The position numbers and the translations under genes were made by a program. DNA of 64,000 nucleotides, from assembly GCA_934203105.1 (NCBI GenBank), contig CAKPYQ010000006.1, forward strand, positions 3,288 through 67,287. The letters run 5' to 3'. Under the pieces are notes generated by a model that was given only the letters and a program-made list of their open reading frames with translations, ran no database searches and was not told where the DNA came from. Position 1 is the stretch's first letter; every line of letters starts with the position of its first letter. This document shows positions 27,097-35,523 of this stretch, piece after piece. This DNA is from an uncultured Alphaproteobacteria bacterium. Its GTDB lineage: Bacteria > Pseudomonadota > Alphaproteobacteria > CAAHEQ01 > UBA3637.

Positions 27097-29942
27097 TGAT
27101 GAATGACACCCCAAGCAAAAAGCGTTTATGTTTAATTGACGGGTCGGGATATATTTATCGCGCTTTTTATGCCTTGCCGCCGATGTCGCGGCCGACGGAC
27201 GGAGTTCCTGTAAATGCCGTTTTCGGGTTTACATCGATGTTAATGCAATTTATGGCGGACAACATTGATGATTGTATTGCGGTTGTTTTTGATGCAGCCA
27301 GACATAATTTTCGTAACGAAATTTATCCCGAATATAAAGCAAATCGTAAGGAAGTTCCGGAAGAGTTAGTTCCTCAATTTCCTTTGATTCGCGACGCCGT
27401 ACGCGCTTTTGATATCGCCGATGTTGAACAAGAAGGCTTTGAAGCCGACGATTTAATTGCCTCTTATGCCCGTAAAGGCGTTGAAGAGGGCTTTCAGGTT
27501 GTTGTCGTTTCGGCGGATAAGGATTTGATGCAATTGATGGCGGGCGACAAAGTTTTGCTGTTCGATCCGATGAAAAAACGTTATGTGACGACGGACGATG
27601 TGATTAAAAAGTTTGGCGTTTTGCCCGATAAGGTGACTGAAGTTCAATCTTTAATGGGCGATCCGACGGATAATATTCCGGGCGTCAACGGGGTCGGGCC
27701 AAAGACGGCAGCCGAGCTGATTAACCAATTCGGATCGTTAGAGGGTATTTATCAGCATATCGAAGAAGTGACCGGCCGGCGCAAAGAATTATTGCAAAAC
27801 GATAAAGATAATGCTTTTATTTCACAAAAGTTGGTGTGTTTAGATAAAAATGCGCCGTTACCCAAACCGATAAAAGAGTTTTGTTCGTATCAACCAAGCT
27901 TGCCCAAAATCCAAGAATTTTTGCAACAAATGGGCTTTAAAAGTTTAATGGCGCGTGCGCCGGCGTTTGTTGAAAAACGCTCAAAGGCTTTGCAGGCTTT
28001 ATCGCCTTGCGTTCAAACTCAAATGAATATGGATTTTGAAACGCCGGTTGAAACGTCTGTCTTGCCTGTTAAAATCCCGCGTGATTATGAGTGTGTTCAA
28101 GATGAAGAACAGCTGTTAAAGTGGTGTCGTAAAATTGAAAAAGCCGGCTATGTGGCTTTGGATACCGAAACGGATTCTTTGGACAGCCAAAGTGCAGAAA
28201 TTGCCGGAATTTCTTTATGTCTTGAAGCCGGCAAAGCGTGCTATATACCGATCAATCATTGTTCGCAATCGGCGCCCAAAAGCCAATGGGAAACTTTAAG
28301 TTTGTTTGACGATGAAAAATCCGATGTCCCCAAGCAAATATCAAAAGAGTTTATCAAAAAACATTTAATTGATTTGCTTGCGCGTCCGGATATCATCAAA
28401 ATCGGGCATAATATCAAGTTTGATTTACAGGTCATTCACACGAATTTCGGCGTCGATTTGGCGGATCAGACTTTGCAAGATACGATTGTTATGGCGTACG
28501 ATTTGGACGGAGTTGTACACGGCCGCAGTTTGGACGATTTAGCGGCAATATTCTTAAATGAAAAAATGATTCCGTATCAACAGGTTTGCGGCAGCCGTCG
28601 CGCTGCGATTTGGTTTAAGCAAGTGGATTTAAAATCGGCCACTGATTATGCGGCGGAAGATGCGGATATGACGTTGCGTTTGTATCGTTTATTTACCAAA
28701 AAGTTATCGCAAGACGGTTTGGATCGGTTGTATCAAGACATCGATCGGCCTTTGATTTATGTATTGACAAAAATGGAAAATGCGGGCGTGTTGGTTGACA
28801 AAGCCGTTTTGCAATCGTTAAGTTTGCAATTATTTCAAAAGATCGATGCGCTGGAAAAAGAAATTTATGCTTTGGCCGGCGTGCATTTTAATTTAAACTC
28901 TCCGCTTCAAATGGGCGAAGTTTTGTTTGATAAAATGGGCATCGAAGGCGGTCGCAGAAACACAAAAAGCAAAAATTGGATTACCGATTCCGATGTGTTG
29001 GAAGAAATTGCCGGAAACGGTGTTGAAATTGCTGCCAAGATATTGGAATATCGGCAATATATGAAGTTAAAATCGACCTATACAGACGCATTGGTAAAGC
29101 TGATTAACCCAAGAACGGGACGAGTTCACACGACTTTTTCGATGGTGATGACGGCGACGGGACGCTTATCGTCCAATAACCCGAACTTACAAAATATTCC
29201 TATTCGCTCCGAAATGGGGCGTGAGATCAGAGCCGCTTTTGTGGCTTCCCCGAATCATGTGATTATGTCGGCGGATTACAGCCAAGTTGAGTTGCGCTTA
29301 ATGGCCGATGTTGCAGACGTAAAACAGTTAAAGCAAGACTTTGCGAACGGGTTGGACATTCATGCTGCGACGGCGTCAAAAGTATTTAATGTTCCGATGG
29401 AAAATATGGATCCGATGATCCGACGCAATGCCAAAGCCATTAACTTTGGGATTATTTACGGTATATCGGCTTTTGGTTTGGCGCGTCAGTTGGGAATATC
29501 GCGAACCGAGGCAAAAGGTTATATTGATGCTTATTTTGAAAAATATCCAGAAATAAAAAAATATATGGACGAAACGGTGCAATTTGCTTCCGAAAAAGGC
29601 TATGTTTTGACACCGTTCGGGCGCAAGTGCTATATCAGTGGTTTTGACAGTCAATCGACGCGTGGTTTTGCATCGCGGGCGGCGATTAACGCGCCGATCC
29701 AAGGCGGGGCTGCTGATATGATTAAAATGGCAATGGTCAAGTTGCAAAATGAATTACAAGCGCGACAGATGAAAACGAAAATGTTGTTGCAGGTTCACGA
29801 TGAATTGGTCTTTGAAGTGCCACAAGACGAAATTGAACAAGCGCGTACTTTGATAAAAGATGTAATGGAAAATATAGTGCATTTATCCGTGCCTTTGGTG
29901 GTTGAAATCGGCACGGGCAAGAATTGGAAAGAGGCTCATTGA
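27096..29942 (+). CDS. polA: DNA polymerase I
   Basis: The 948-aa ORF has a 5' nuclease domain (LIDGSGYIYRAFYA), a 3'-5' exonuclease region (ALDTETDSL) and polymerase motifs (DYSQVELR, INFGIIYG, QVHDELVFE). Confidence 0.95.
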   Translation: MMNDTPSKKRLCLIDGSGYIYRAFYALPPMSRPTDGVPVNAVFGFTSMLMQFMADNIDDCIAVVFDAARHNFRNEIYPEYKANRKEVPEELVPQFPLIRDAVRAFDIADVEQEGFEADDLIASYARKGVEEGFQVVVVSADKDLMQLMAGDKVLLFDPMKKRYVTTDDVIKKFGVLPDKVTEVQSLMGDPTDNIPGVNGVGPKTAAELINQFGSLEGIYQHIEEVTGRRKELLQNDKDNAFISQKLVCLDKNAPLPKPIKEFCSYQPSLPKIQEFLQQMGFKSLMARAPAFVEKRSKALQALSPCVQTQMNMDFETPVETSVLPVKIPRDYECVQDEEQLLKWCRKIEKAGYVALDTETDSLDSQSAEIAGISLCLEAGKACYIPINHCSQSAPKSQWETLSLFDDEKSDVPKQISKEFIKKHLIDLLARPDIIKIGHNIKFDLQVIHTNFGVDLADQTLQDTIVMAYDLDGVVHGRSLDDLAAIFLNEKMIPYQQVCGSRRAAIWFKQVDLKSATDYAAEDADMTLRLYRLFTKKLSQDGLDRLYQDIDRPLIYVLTKMENAGVLVDKAVLQSLSLQLFQKIDALEKEIYALAGVHFNLNSPLQMGEVLFDKMGIEGGRRNTKSKNWITDSDVLEEIAGNGVEIAAKILEYRQYMKLKSTYTDALVKLINPRTGRVHTTFSMVMTATGRLSSNNPNLQNIPIRSEMGREIRAAFVASPNHVIMSADYSQVELRLMADVADVKQLKQDFANGLDIHAATASKVFNVPMENMDPMIRRNAKAINFGIIYGISAFGLARQLGISRTEAKGYIDAYFEKYPEIKKYMDETVQFASEKGYVLTPFGRKCYISGFDSQSTRGFASRAAINAPIQGGAADMIKMAMVKLQNELQARQMKTKMLLQVHDELVFEVPQDEIEQARTLIKDVMENIVHLSVPLVVEIGTGKNWKEAH

Positions 29943-31201
29943 TGACAAAGAAACCAGAACTTTTATTGCCGGCCGGCACATTGGATCGGTTAAAAACGGC
30001 TTTTTTATATGGTGCAGACGTTGTGTATTGCGGTTTGCCGTCCGTATCGTTGCGTGCGAAAAGTGGCTTTACTTTCGGCGATTTAAAGGAAGGCATAGAC
30101 TATGCGCATTCGATTGGTAAAAAGATTTACTTGACGTTAAACCTGTTTACGCACAATCAAGATATGACGCGTTTGGAAGAAGCGGTAAAAATGTTGCGAT
30201 TTTTAAAGCCGGACGGCGTGATTGTGGCGGATCCGGGGGTGTTTGACTATGTCGGGCAGATTTGTCCCGATATGCCGCGCCACATTTCAACGCAAGCGAA
30301 TGTATGTTCGTATATGACGGTCAATTATTGGAAAAAGCAAGGTGCTCGGTTATGTGTTTTGGGGCGTGAAGTGCCTTTAAAAGAAATGCGCGAAATTCGG
30401 CAAAAATGTCCGGATATCGGATTAGAAGTTTTTATTCACGGCGCGATGTGCATCAGTTATTCGGGCCGTTGTTTGTTGTCAAATTTTTTGACGGGGCGTA
30501 GTGCGAATAAAGGCAATTGCGCGCATACTTGCCGTTGGAAGTATAAGTTTTATATTGAAGAGGAAAATCGTCCGGGTCAATTGATGCAAATGGACGAAGA
30601 TGATCATGGTGCTTATGTGATGAATTCGCGTGATTTGTGCTTAATGCCGCGTTTGAATGAATTGTTGGACGTGGGGTTGGACAGCTTTAAAATCGAAGGG
30701 CGTAATAAATCCGAATATTATGTATCGGTGGCGGCACGCGCTTACCGTAAAGCAATTGATGATTGGGAAAAAGATCCGAAAAATTGGAAGCCGGACGCTT
30801 ACATGCGTGAATTATCAACGTTGCAAAACAGAGGCTATACGTTGGGCTTTTTCGATGGAAATGCCGGACCGGAAAGCTTAAATTATGATATATCGGCTAG
30901 CGGCGGACAATGGCGCTATGCCGGTCGTGTGATGGATAAAACGGCGGACAGCATTATTTTGGAAATCAAGCATAAAATTGTCAAAGGTGATGAATTGGAA
31001 TTTTTATCTCCCGCTCAATTTGAACCGATCCGCATTCAAATGAACGAATTTTATGACGCCGAGAATGGCAAGCCTTTGGACGTTATTTCGACGGGGCATT
31101 TGGGGCAAGCTATTCGCATACCGGTATCTGCTGATGTTTTGGAAAAATTGCCTGTATTATCCGTTGCGCGTAAGTTCATCGGGGACGGACAAAAAGGATA
31201 A
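29942..31201 (+). CDS. Peptidase-U32-family Fe-S protein, YegQ/TrhP-type
   Basis: The 419-aa ORF begins PELLLPAGTLDRLKTAFLYGADVVYCG. It carries the conserved Cys set (HGAMCISYSGRCLLS...GNCAHTCRW) and SFKIEGRNKS. The ATG overlaps the polA stop by 1 nt. Confidence 0.7.
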   Translation: MTKKPELLLPAGTLDRLKTAFLYGADVVYCGLPSVSLRAKSGFTFGDLKEGIDYAHSIGKKIYLTLNLFTHNQDMTRLEEAVKMLRFLKPDGVIVADPGVFDYVGQICPDMPRHISTQANVCSYMTVNYWKKQGARLCVLGREVPLKEMREIRQKCPDIGLEVFIHGAMCISYSGRCLLSNFLTGRSANKGNCAHTCRWKYKFYIEEENRPGQLMQMDEDDHGAYVMNSRDLCLMPRLNELLDVGLDSFKIEGRNKSEYYVSVAARAYRKAIDDWEKDPKNWKPDAYMRELSTLQNRGYTLGFFDGNAGPESLNYDISASGGQWRYAGRVMDKTADSIILEIKHKIVKGDELEFLSPAQFEPIRIQMNEFYDAENGKPLDVISTGHLGQAIRIPVSADVLEKLPVLSVARKFIGDGQKG

Positions 31202-31223
31202 CATTACAAAAAAGAGGCGACAG

Positions 31224-31799
31224 ATGACAAAGTTAGTGAAAAAAACGGTTGATATTGAAACCAGTTTGGCCCAGCCCAAGCAAAGCAAAATTGAAAAATT
31301 GTTTAATTGGTTTTTATCAAAGCCTGTATTTTACACCGCATTTATCACGCTTGTTGGTTGGCTTGGCCGTGCAAATGCAACGCAAAGCGAAGATGCGTGG
31401 AATATAGCCTTTGGTGGCAAAATGGGGTATGAATATGAAAATGAAAATCAAAACTGGTTGATACCTCTTATACTTATTCCTGTATATATTCTTATTCTGA
31501 CTGTTGTTCTGGCAGTTTTTCTGCCGTTATGGCAAACTTTTTGCATCTTGTGCTTGTTGATTGTTCTTCTTGCCGCTCCCGTTGTTTTTATAGACGGTGA
31601 TATGCTTTTTTTAATCGGATTTCCGGTGTTGTTGCTTCCCGTGTTTATCGCGTGGATTCAATATAAACGTAAAAAAATTGATTTGACGTTATTTAAAAAA
31701 CGCTTAAAATTATGGCTTTTGTCTTTTCCGATTACGCTCTTTTTAATTATCGTTACGGCGGCTGGATGGGTTTTTCTTAAATGGCTAAACGTATTTTAG
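31224..31799 (+). CDS. Polytopic membrane protein, unknown family
   Basis: The 191-aa ORF starts at the ATG at 31224, preceded by AAGAGG; the longer track ORF overlaps the U32 gene. It has about 5 hydrophobic spans and one polar loop (AFGGKMGYEYENENQNW). Its 3' end overlaps the next gene by 19 nt. Confidence 0.6.
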   Translation: MTKLVKKTVDIETSLAQPKQSKIEKLFNWFLSKPVFYTAFITLVGWLGRANATQSEDAWNIAFGGKMGYEYENENQNWLIPLILIPVYILILTVVLAVFLPLWQTFCILCLLIVLLAAPVVFIDGDMLFLIGFPVLLLPVFIAWIQYKRKKIDLTLFKKRLKLWLLSFPITLFLIIVTAAGWVFLKWLNVF

Positions 31800-32815
31800 A
31801 TTTTGAAGCAACATTTGAATGCACGCATAATTGTATGTATTGTTATAATGCGTGGAAAAAAGACGCTTCTGTAATGCCCAAACATTTGGATACAAATTCA
31901 ACGTTGAAAATGCTTGAAAAAGCAATCAATGAAATAAATCCGGTACGCGTTGTGTTTTCCGGAGGCGAACCTTTTATGCGTCCCGATTTACCACAGTTGA
32001 TTCGTTATGTGCATTCATTAAATTTACCGATGACGATTTTTTCTAATGGTGCGTTGTTGGAAGAAAAAGATTTTGATTTTTGCAGACAAAACGGTGTTGA
32101 TTTATTTGAAATTCCTTTGCTTGCGCCCGACAAAGTACTTCATGATGAATTGGCCAGACCAATGGCGGACTTTTCGGCTTTTGACAATGCTGTATGGGCA
32201 ACACAACAAGCGCTTAAAAAAGGTTTTTCACTTTCTCACATTTTTGTTGCGACGCATAAAAATTTGCCTGTTTTAGCCGATACAATGAAATTGTCTTATG
32301 CTTTGGGTGTGCGTGATTTTTTGCTGAATCGTTTTAATGCGGGAGGTGAGGGATTTAAGCATTTAGAAAAATTACAAATAACGCCTCTTGAAATGGCAAT
32401 CGGGTTAAAGGAGGCAAATGATTTTGCTTTGCATCACCCCACATTTAAAGTGTCTTGCGCCGTAAATATTCACCCGTGCTTGGTTGATTTGAGTCGTTAT
32501 AAAATGGTTAAAATGACGGGGTGCGGTGTCGGTAAAGATCAACGTCTGTATGTTTTGGATCCGGTTGGAAATATTCGCTTGTGTAATTTTTCATCTGTTA
32601 ATGTGGGTAATATTTTAAACAATTCTTTTGATGAAATTATCAATAGCAGTGCGGCTTTGGATTATATTTCGGCGCACCCGAAACTCTGTGACGGGTGCCA
32701 AAAGTTGCCGCTTTGTCAAGGTGGATGCAAAGCGTCGGCCGATAATTGTTTCGGATTGCCTTGTTTGCCGGACGATTGGTTGAGGCGATATCAAAAAGGC
32801 CTCTATCAAGGATAA
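31781..32815 (+). CDS. Radical SAM enzyme with C-terminal SPASM domain
   Basis: The ORF has CTHNCMYC (CX3CX2C, nt 31820-31843), SGGEPFMRPDL, GCGVG...RLCNF and CDGCQKLPLCQGGC (CX2CX5CX3C, nt 32687-32728). Confidence 0.85.
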   Translation: MAKRILDFEATFECTHNCMYCYNAWKKDASVMPKHLDTNSTLKMLEKAINEINPVRVVFSGGEPFMRPDLPQLIRYVHSLNLPMTIFSNGALLEEKDFDFCRQNGVDLFEIPLLAPDKVLHDELARPMADFSAFDNAVWATQQALKKGFSLSHIFVATHKNLPVLADTMKLSYALGVRDFLLNRFNAGGEGFKHLEKLQITPLEMAIGLKEANDFALHHPTFKVSCAVNIHPCLVDLSRYKMVKMTGCGVGKDQRLYVLDPVGNIRLCNFSSVNVGNILNNSFDEIINSSAALDYISAHPKLCDGCQKLPLCQGGCKASADNCFGLPCLPDDWLRRYQKGLYQG

Positions 32816-32818
32816 GTT

Positions 32819-33148
32819 TTATTTCTTGATGCTTTTGATGTATTCGGGCAAAGAACCGCTCATCAATGCGCGTAAAGCTTTTTTGCTGTCGTTTTCCCAA
32901 ATTTTGTTGCGCCGAATATGCCCGCATTTTTTGCACTTTTGCACCAAGACAAACTCTCCGTTTTTAACGTCAACGCTGACGGCCGGCATCAACCCGCCGC
33001 AATCACACGCGCGGTCGCCCGGTTGAATGTCAACGTGCTTGCTGGTTAAACACTCGGGACAATGGTTTGTGTAGCCGTTTCCGTGAACAAGCGCGCCGCA
33101 CATTTCACATGTAAAATCTTCTAAAACTTTTGTAAATAACTTTGTCAT
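32819..33148 (-). CDS. RNHCP-domain zinc-ribbon protein
   Basis: The 109-aa ORF starts at the ATG at 33148 (MTKLFTKVLEDFTCEMCGALVHGNGYTNHCPECLTSKHVD...CDCGG...CKKCG). It has four CxxC-like pairs and the eponymous NHCP motif. The longer track ORF would run into the rarA promoter region. Confidence 0.65.
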   Translation of the reverse strand: MTKLFTKVLEDFTCEMCGALVHGNGYTNHCPECLTSKHVDIQPGDRACDCGGLMPAVSVDVKNGEFVLVQKCKKCGHIRRNKIWENDSKKALRALMSGSLPEYIKSIKK

Positions 33149-33265
33149 ACAGGCTTTATACCAGAAAAGAACAAAAATGAAAAGCAAAATTGTAAAGGCT
33201 TTGATTTTTTCTTTTACTTTAACGCGCTTTTGTGTTAGGATTGCCTTTATAAAGGAATTATAAAA

Positions 33266-34561
33266 ATGACAACACTTTTTGAACACCCGCAAGAACGACC
33301 GCTTGCCGACAGGTTGCGTCCCGCGACTTTGGACGAAGTGGTGGGACAAGACCATTTGTTGGCGGACAATGCGCCGTTGGGACGTATGATGAAAACCGGC
33401 AAAGTGTCCTCTTTTATTTTATGGGGACCGCCGGGGTGCGGTAAAACGACAATTGCCAAATTATTTGCGAATGTCGCCGGCTTGTATTATGAGCCTTTGT
33501 CGGCTGTGTTTTCCGGCGTGGCGGATCTGCGGCGCATTTTTGAAAACGCCAAAAACCGCAAACAAATGGGCAAGCAAACTTTACTGTTTGTCGATGAAAT
33601 TCATCGCTTTAACCGTTCGCAACAGGACAGCTTTTTGCCCTATGTCGAAGACGGTACTGTGATTTTGGTCGGCGCCACAACGGAAAATCCGTCCTTTGAG
33701 TTAAACAGCGCTTTGCTATCGCGGTGCAAGGTCTTTGTCTTAAAGCCGTTAGAGCGTGATAGTTTGGAAAAAATATTGCAAAAAGCGCAAAAAGTTTTGG
33801 GGCATGAATTGCCTTTGACAGATGAAGCAAAGGATTACTTATTAAGCTTGCCGGACGGGGACGGACGTTATTTTATTAACTTGATCGAAGCGATTGAACA
33901 GTTCGGCGCCACCGAAGCGATGAGCGTTGAAGAAGTATCGAAAATTATTTCTCAACGAATGCCGCTTTATGATAAAGATCGAGAAGGGCATTATAATTTA
34001 ATCAGCGCACTGCATAAATCTTTGCGGGGTAGCGATCCCGATGCGGGGCTTTATTGGTTGGCGCGTATGTTGCAAGGCGGAGAAGATCCGAAATACGTAC
34101 TGCGACGATTGGCGCGTTTTTCCGTCGAAGATGTCGGCTTGGCCGATCCCAACGCGGTTACGCAGGCGATTGCGGCTTGGAATACCTATGAGCGTTTAGG
34201 CTCGCCCGAGGGCGATTTAGCAATTGCTCAATTGGTTGTTTACTTGGCGACGGCGCCCAAATCGGTCGGCGTTTATAAAGCGTGGAATGCAGCATCAAAA
34301 ACGGCCAAAGAAACGGGCTCTTTGTCTCCGCCGATGCATATTTTAAACGCGCCGACAAAACTGATGGGACAGTTGGGATATGGCGAAGGTTATCAGTATG
34401 ATCCGGATACGGAAGACGGTTTTTCGGGACAAGAATATTTCCCCGATAAAATGCATCATTGCACTTTTTATCGACCGCCTGAACGGGGCTTTGAGCGAGA
34501 AATCAATAAACGTTTGCGGTATTGGGATAATTTAAGAAAGCAAAAGAAATGTCAGAAGTAA
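33266..34561 (+). CDS. rarA: Replication-associated recombination protein A (AAA+ ATPase)
   Basis: The ORF has RPATLDEVVGQDHL, Walker A GPPGCGKTT, Walker B LFVDEIHRFN and the MgsA C-terminal domain (HYNLISALHKSLRGSDPDAGLYWLARM). Confidence 0.92.
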   Translation: MTTLFEHPQERPLADRLRPATLDEVVGQDHLLADNAPLGRMMKTGKVSSFILWGPPGCGKTTIAKLFANVAGLYYEPLSAVFSGVADLRRIFENAKNRKQMGKQTLLFVDEIHRFNRSQQDSFLPYVEDGTVILVGATTENPSFELNSALLSRCKVFVLKPLERDSLEKILQKAQKVLGHELPLTDEAKDYLLSLPDGDGRYFINLIEAIEQFGATEAMSVEEVSKIISQRMPLYDKDREGHYNLISALHKSLRGSDPDAGLYWLARMLQGGEDPKYVLRRLARFSVEDVGLADPNAVTQAIAAWNTYERLGSPEGDLAIAQLVVYLATAPKSVGVYKAWNAASKTAKETGSLSPPMHILNAPTKLMGQLGYGEGYQYDPDTEDGFSGQEYFPDKMHHCTFYRPPERGFEREINKRLRYWDNLRKQKKCQK

Positions 34562-35502
34562 AATTCGTAAAGGTTCAAGAAAAAGATGAGGGCGCTCGAT
34601 TGGATCGTTGGTTTAAACGATATTATCCGGCGTTGACGCATGGGGCTTTGGAAAAAATGTTACGAGGCAAAAATATCCGCGTGAACGGCGCAAAAGCCTC
34701 TGCCGATCAAAGATTGCAGGCGGGCGACGAAATCCGCATACCGCCTATGCCGCAAAGCCCGATCGGGGAACATAAAACTTTGTCGGCATCGGACATTGAT
34801 TTTATTCAATCGTTGGTGATTTTTAAAGATAAAGATATGATCGTGTTGAACAAACCATCGGGATTGGCGGTGCAGGGCGGGACAAAAACAACGCGGCATA
34901 TTGACGGATTGTTGGACGGGTTAAAGTTTGAAGGAGAACGTCCGCGCTTGGTCCACCGTTTGGATAAAGAAACCAGCGGTGTTTTGGTGTTGGCGCGTTC
35001 GGTAAAAGCCGCGGCCGTTTTGACAAAGGCTTTTGAAACAAAGGCGGCTCGGAAAATATATTGGGCAGTTGTGTCGGGGTGTCCGAAACCTTTGAGTGGT
35101 GCTGTTGAAAAGCCTCTTTTGAAAAAGTCAGGTAAAAACGGTGGCGAGTTGGTGCAAGTCGATGAAAATGGTCAGTACGCTAAAAGCTTATACGACGTGA
35201 TTGATACGACGGGAAATTATTCTTTGGTGCGTTTAATGCCTCTAACGGGACGGACGCATCAATTGCGCGTACATATGGCGTCTTTGGGCTGTCCGATCGT
35301 CGGCGATGAAAAATACGGCGGTGAAAATGTGGCGGGCATTGAAAAGAAAATGTATTTGCACGCCAAAGCAATCCAAATACCGGCAGTGAATGGAAAAATG
35401 ATTGAAATTGAAGCGCAGATTCCGGAATATATGAAAAAATGCTTTGCTTTTTTCCATTTTAATGCTAAAAAAGAAAAAGAAGATTTTGATTCTTTTATAT
35501 AA
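34549..35502 (+). CDS. rluC: RluA-family 23S rRNA pseudouridine synthase (RluC-like)
   Basis: The ORF has an N-terminal S4-like domain (RLDRWFKRYYP) and the catalytic motif HRLDKETSGVLVLA, followed by GRTHQLRVH. It overlaps the rarA stop by 13 nt. Confidence 0.8.
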   Translation: MSEVKFVKVQEKDEGARLDRWFKRYYPALTHGALEKMLRGKNIRVNGAKASADQRLQAGDEIRIPPMPQSPIGEHKTLSASDIDFIQSLVIFKDKDMIVLNKPSGLAVQGGTKTTRHIDGLLDGLKFEGERPRLVHRLDKETSGVLVLARSVKAAAVLTKAFETKAARKIYWAVVSGCPKPLSGAVEKPLLKKSGKNGGELVQVDENGQYAKSLYDVIDTTGNYSLVRLMPLTGRTHQLRVHMASLGCPIVGDEKYGGENVAGIEKKMYLHAKAIQIPAVNGKMIEIEAQIPEYMKKCFAFFHFNAKKEKEDFDSFI

Positions 35503-35523
35503 GACGAAATTAAGGGGCGTTTG

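Noticed and set aside
31053-31223. The upstream extension of the membrane-protein ORF given in the ORF track
   Set aside because: The extension overlaps the 3' end of the U32 gene in another frame. The internal ATG at 31224 has a proper AAGAGG RBS.
33149-33355. The upstream extension of the RNHCP ORF (track start at 33355)
   Set aside because: It would overlap the rarA start and promoter region and add a hydrophobic, non-conserved-looking leader. The ATG at 33148 begins exactly at the RNHCP-like sequence.
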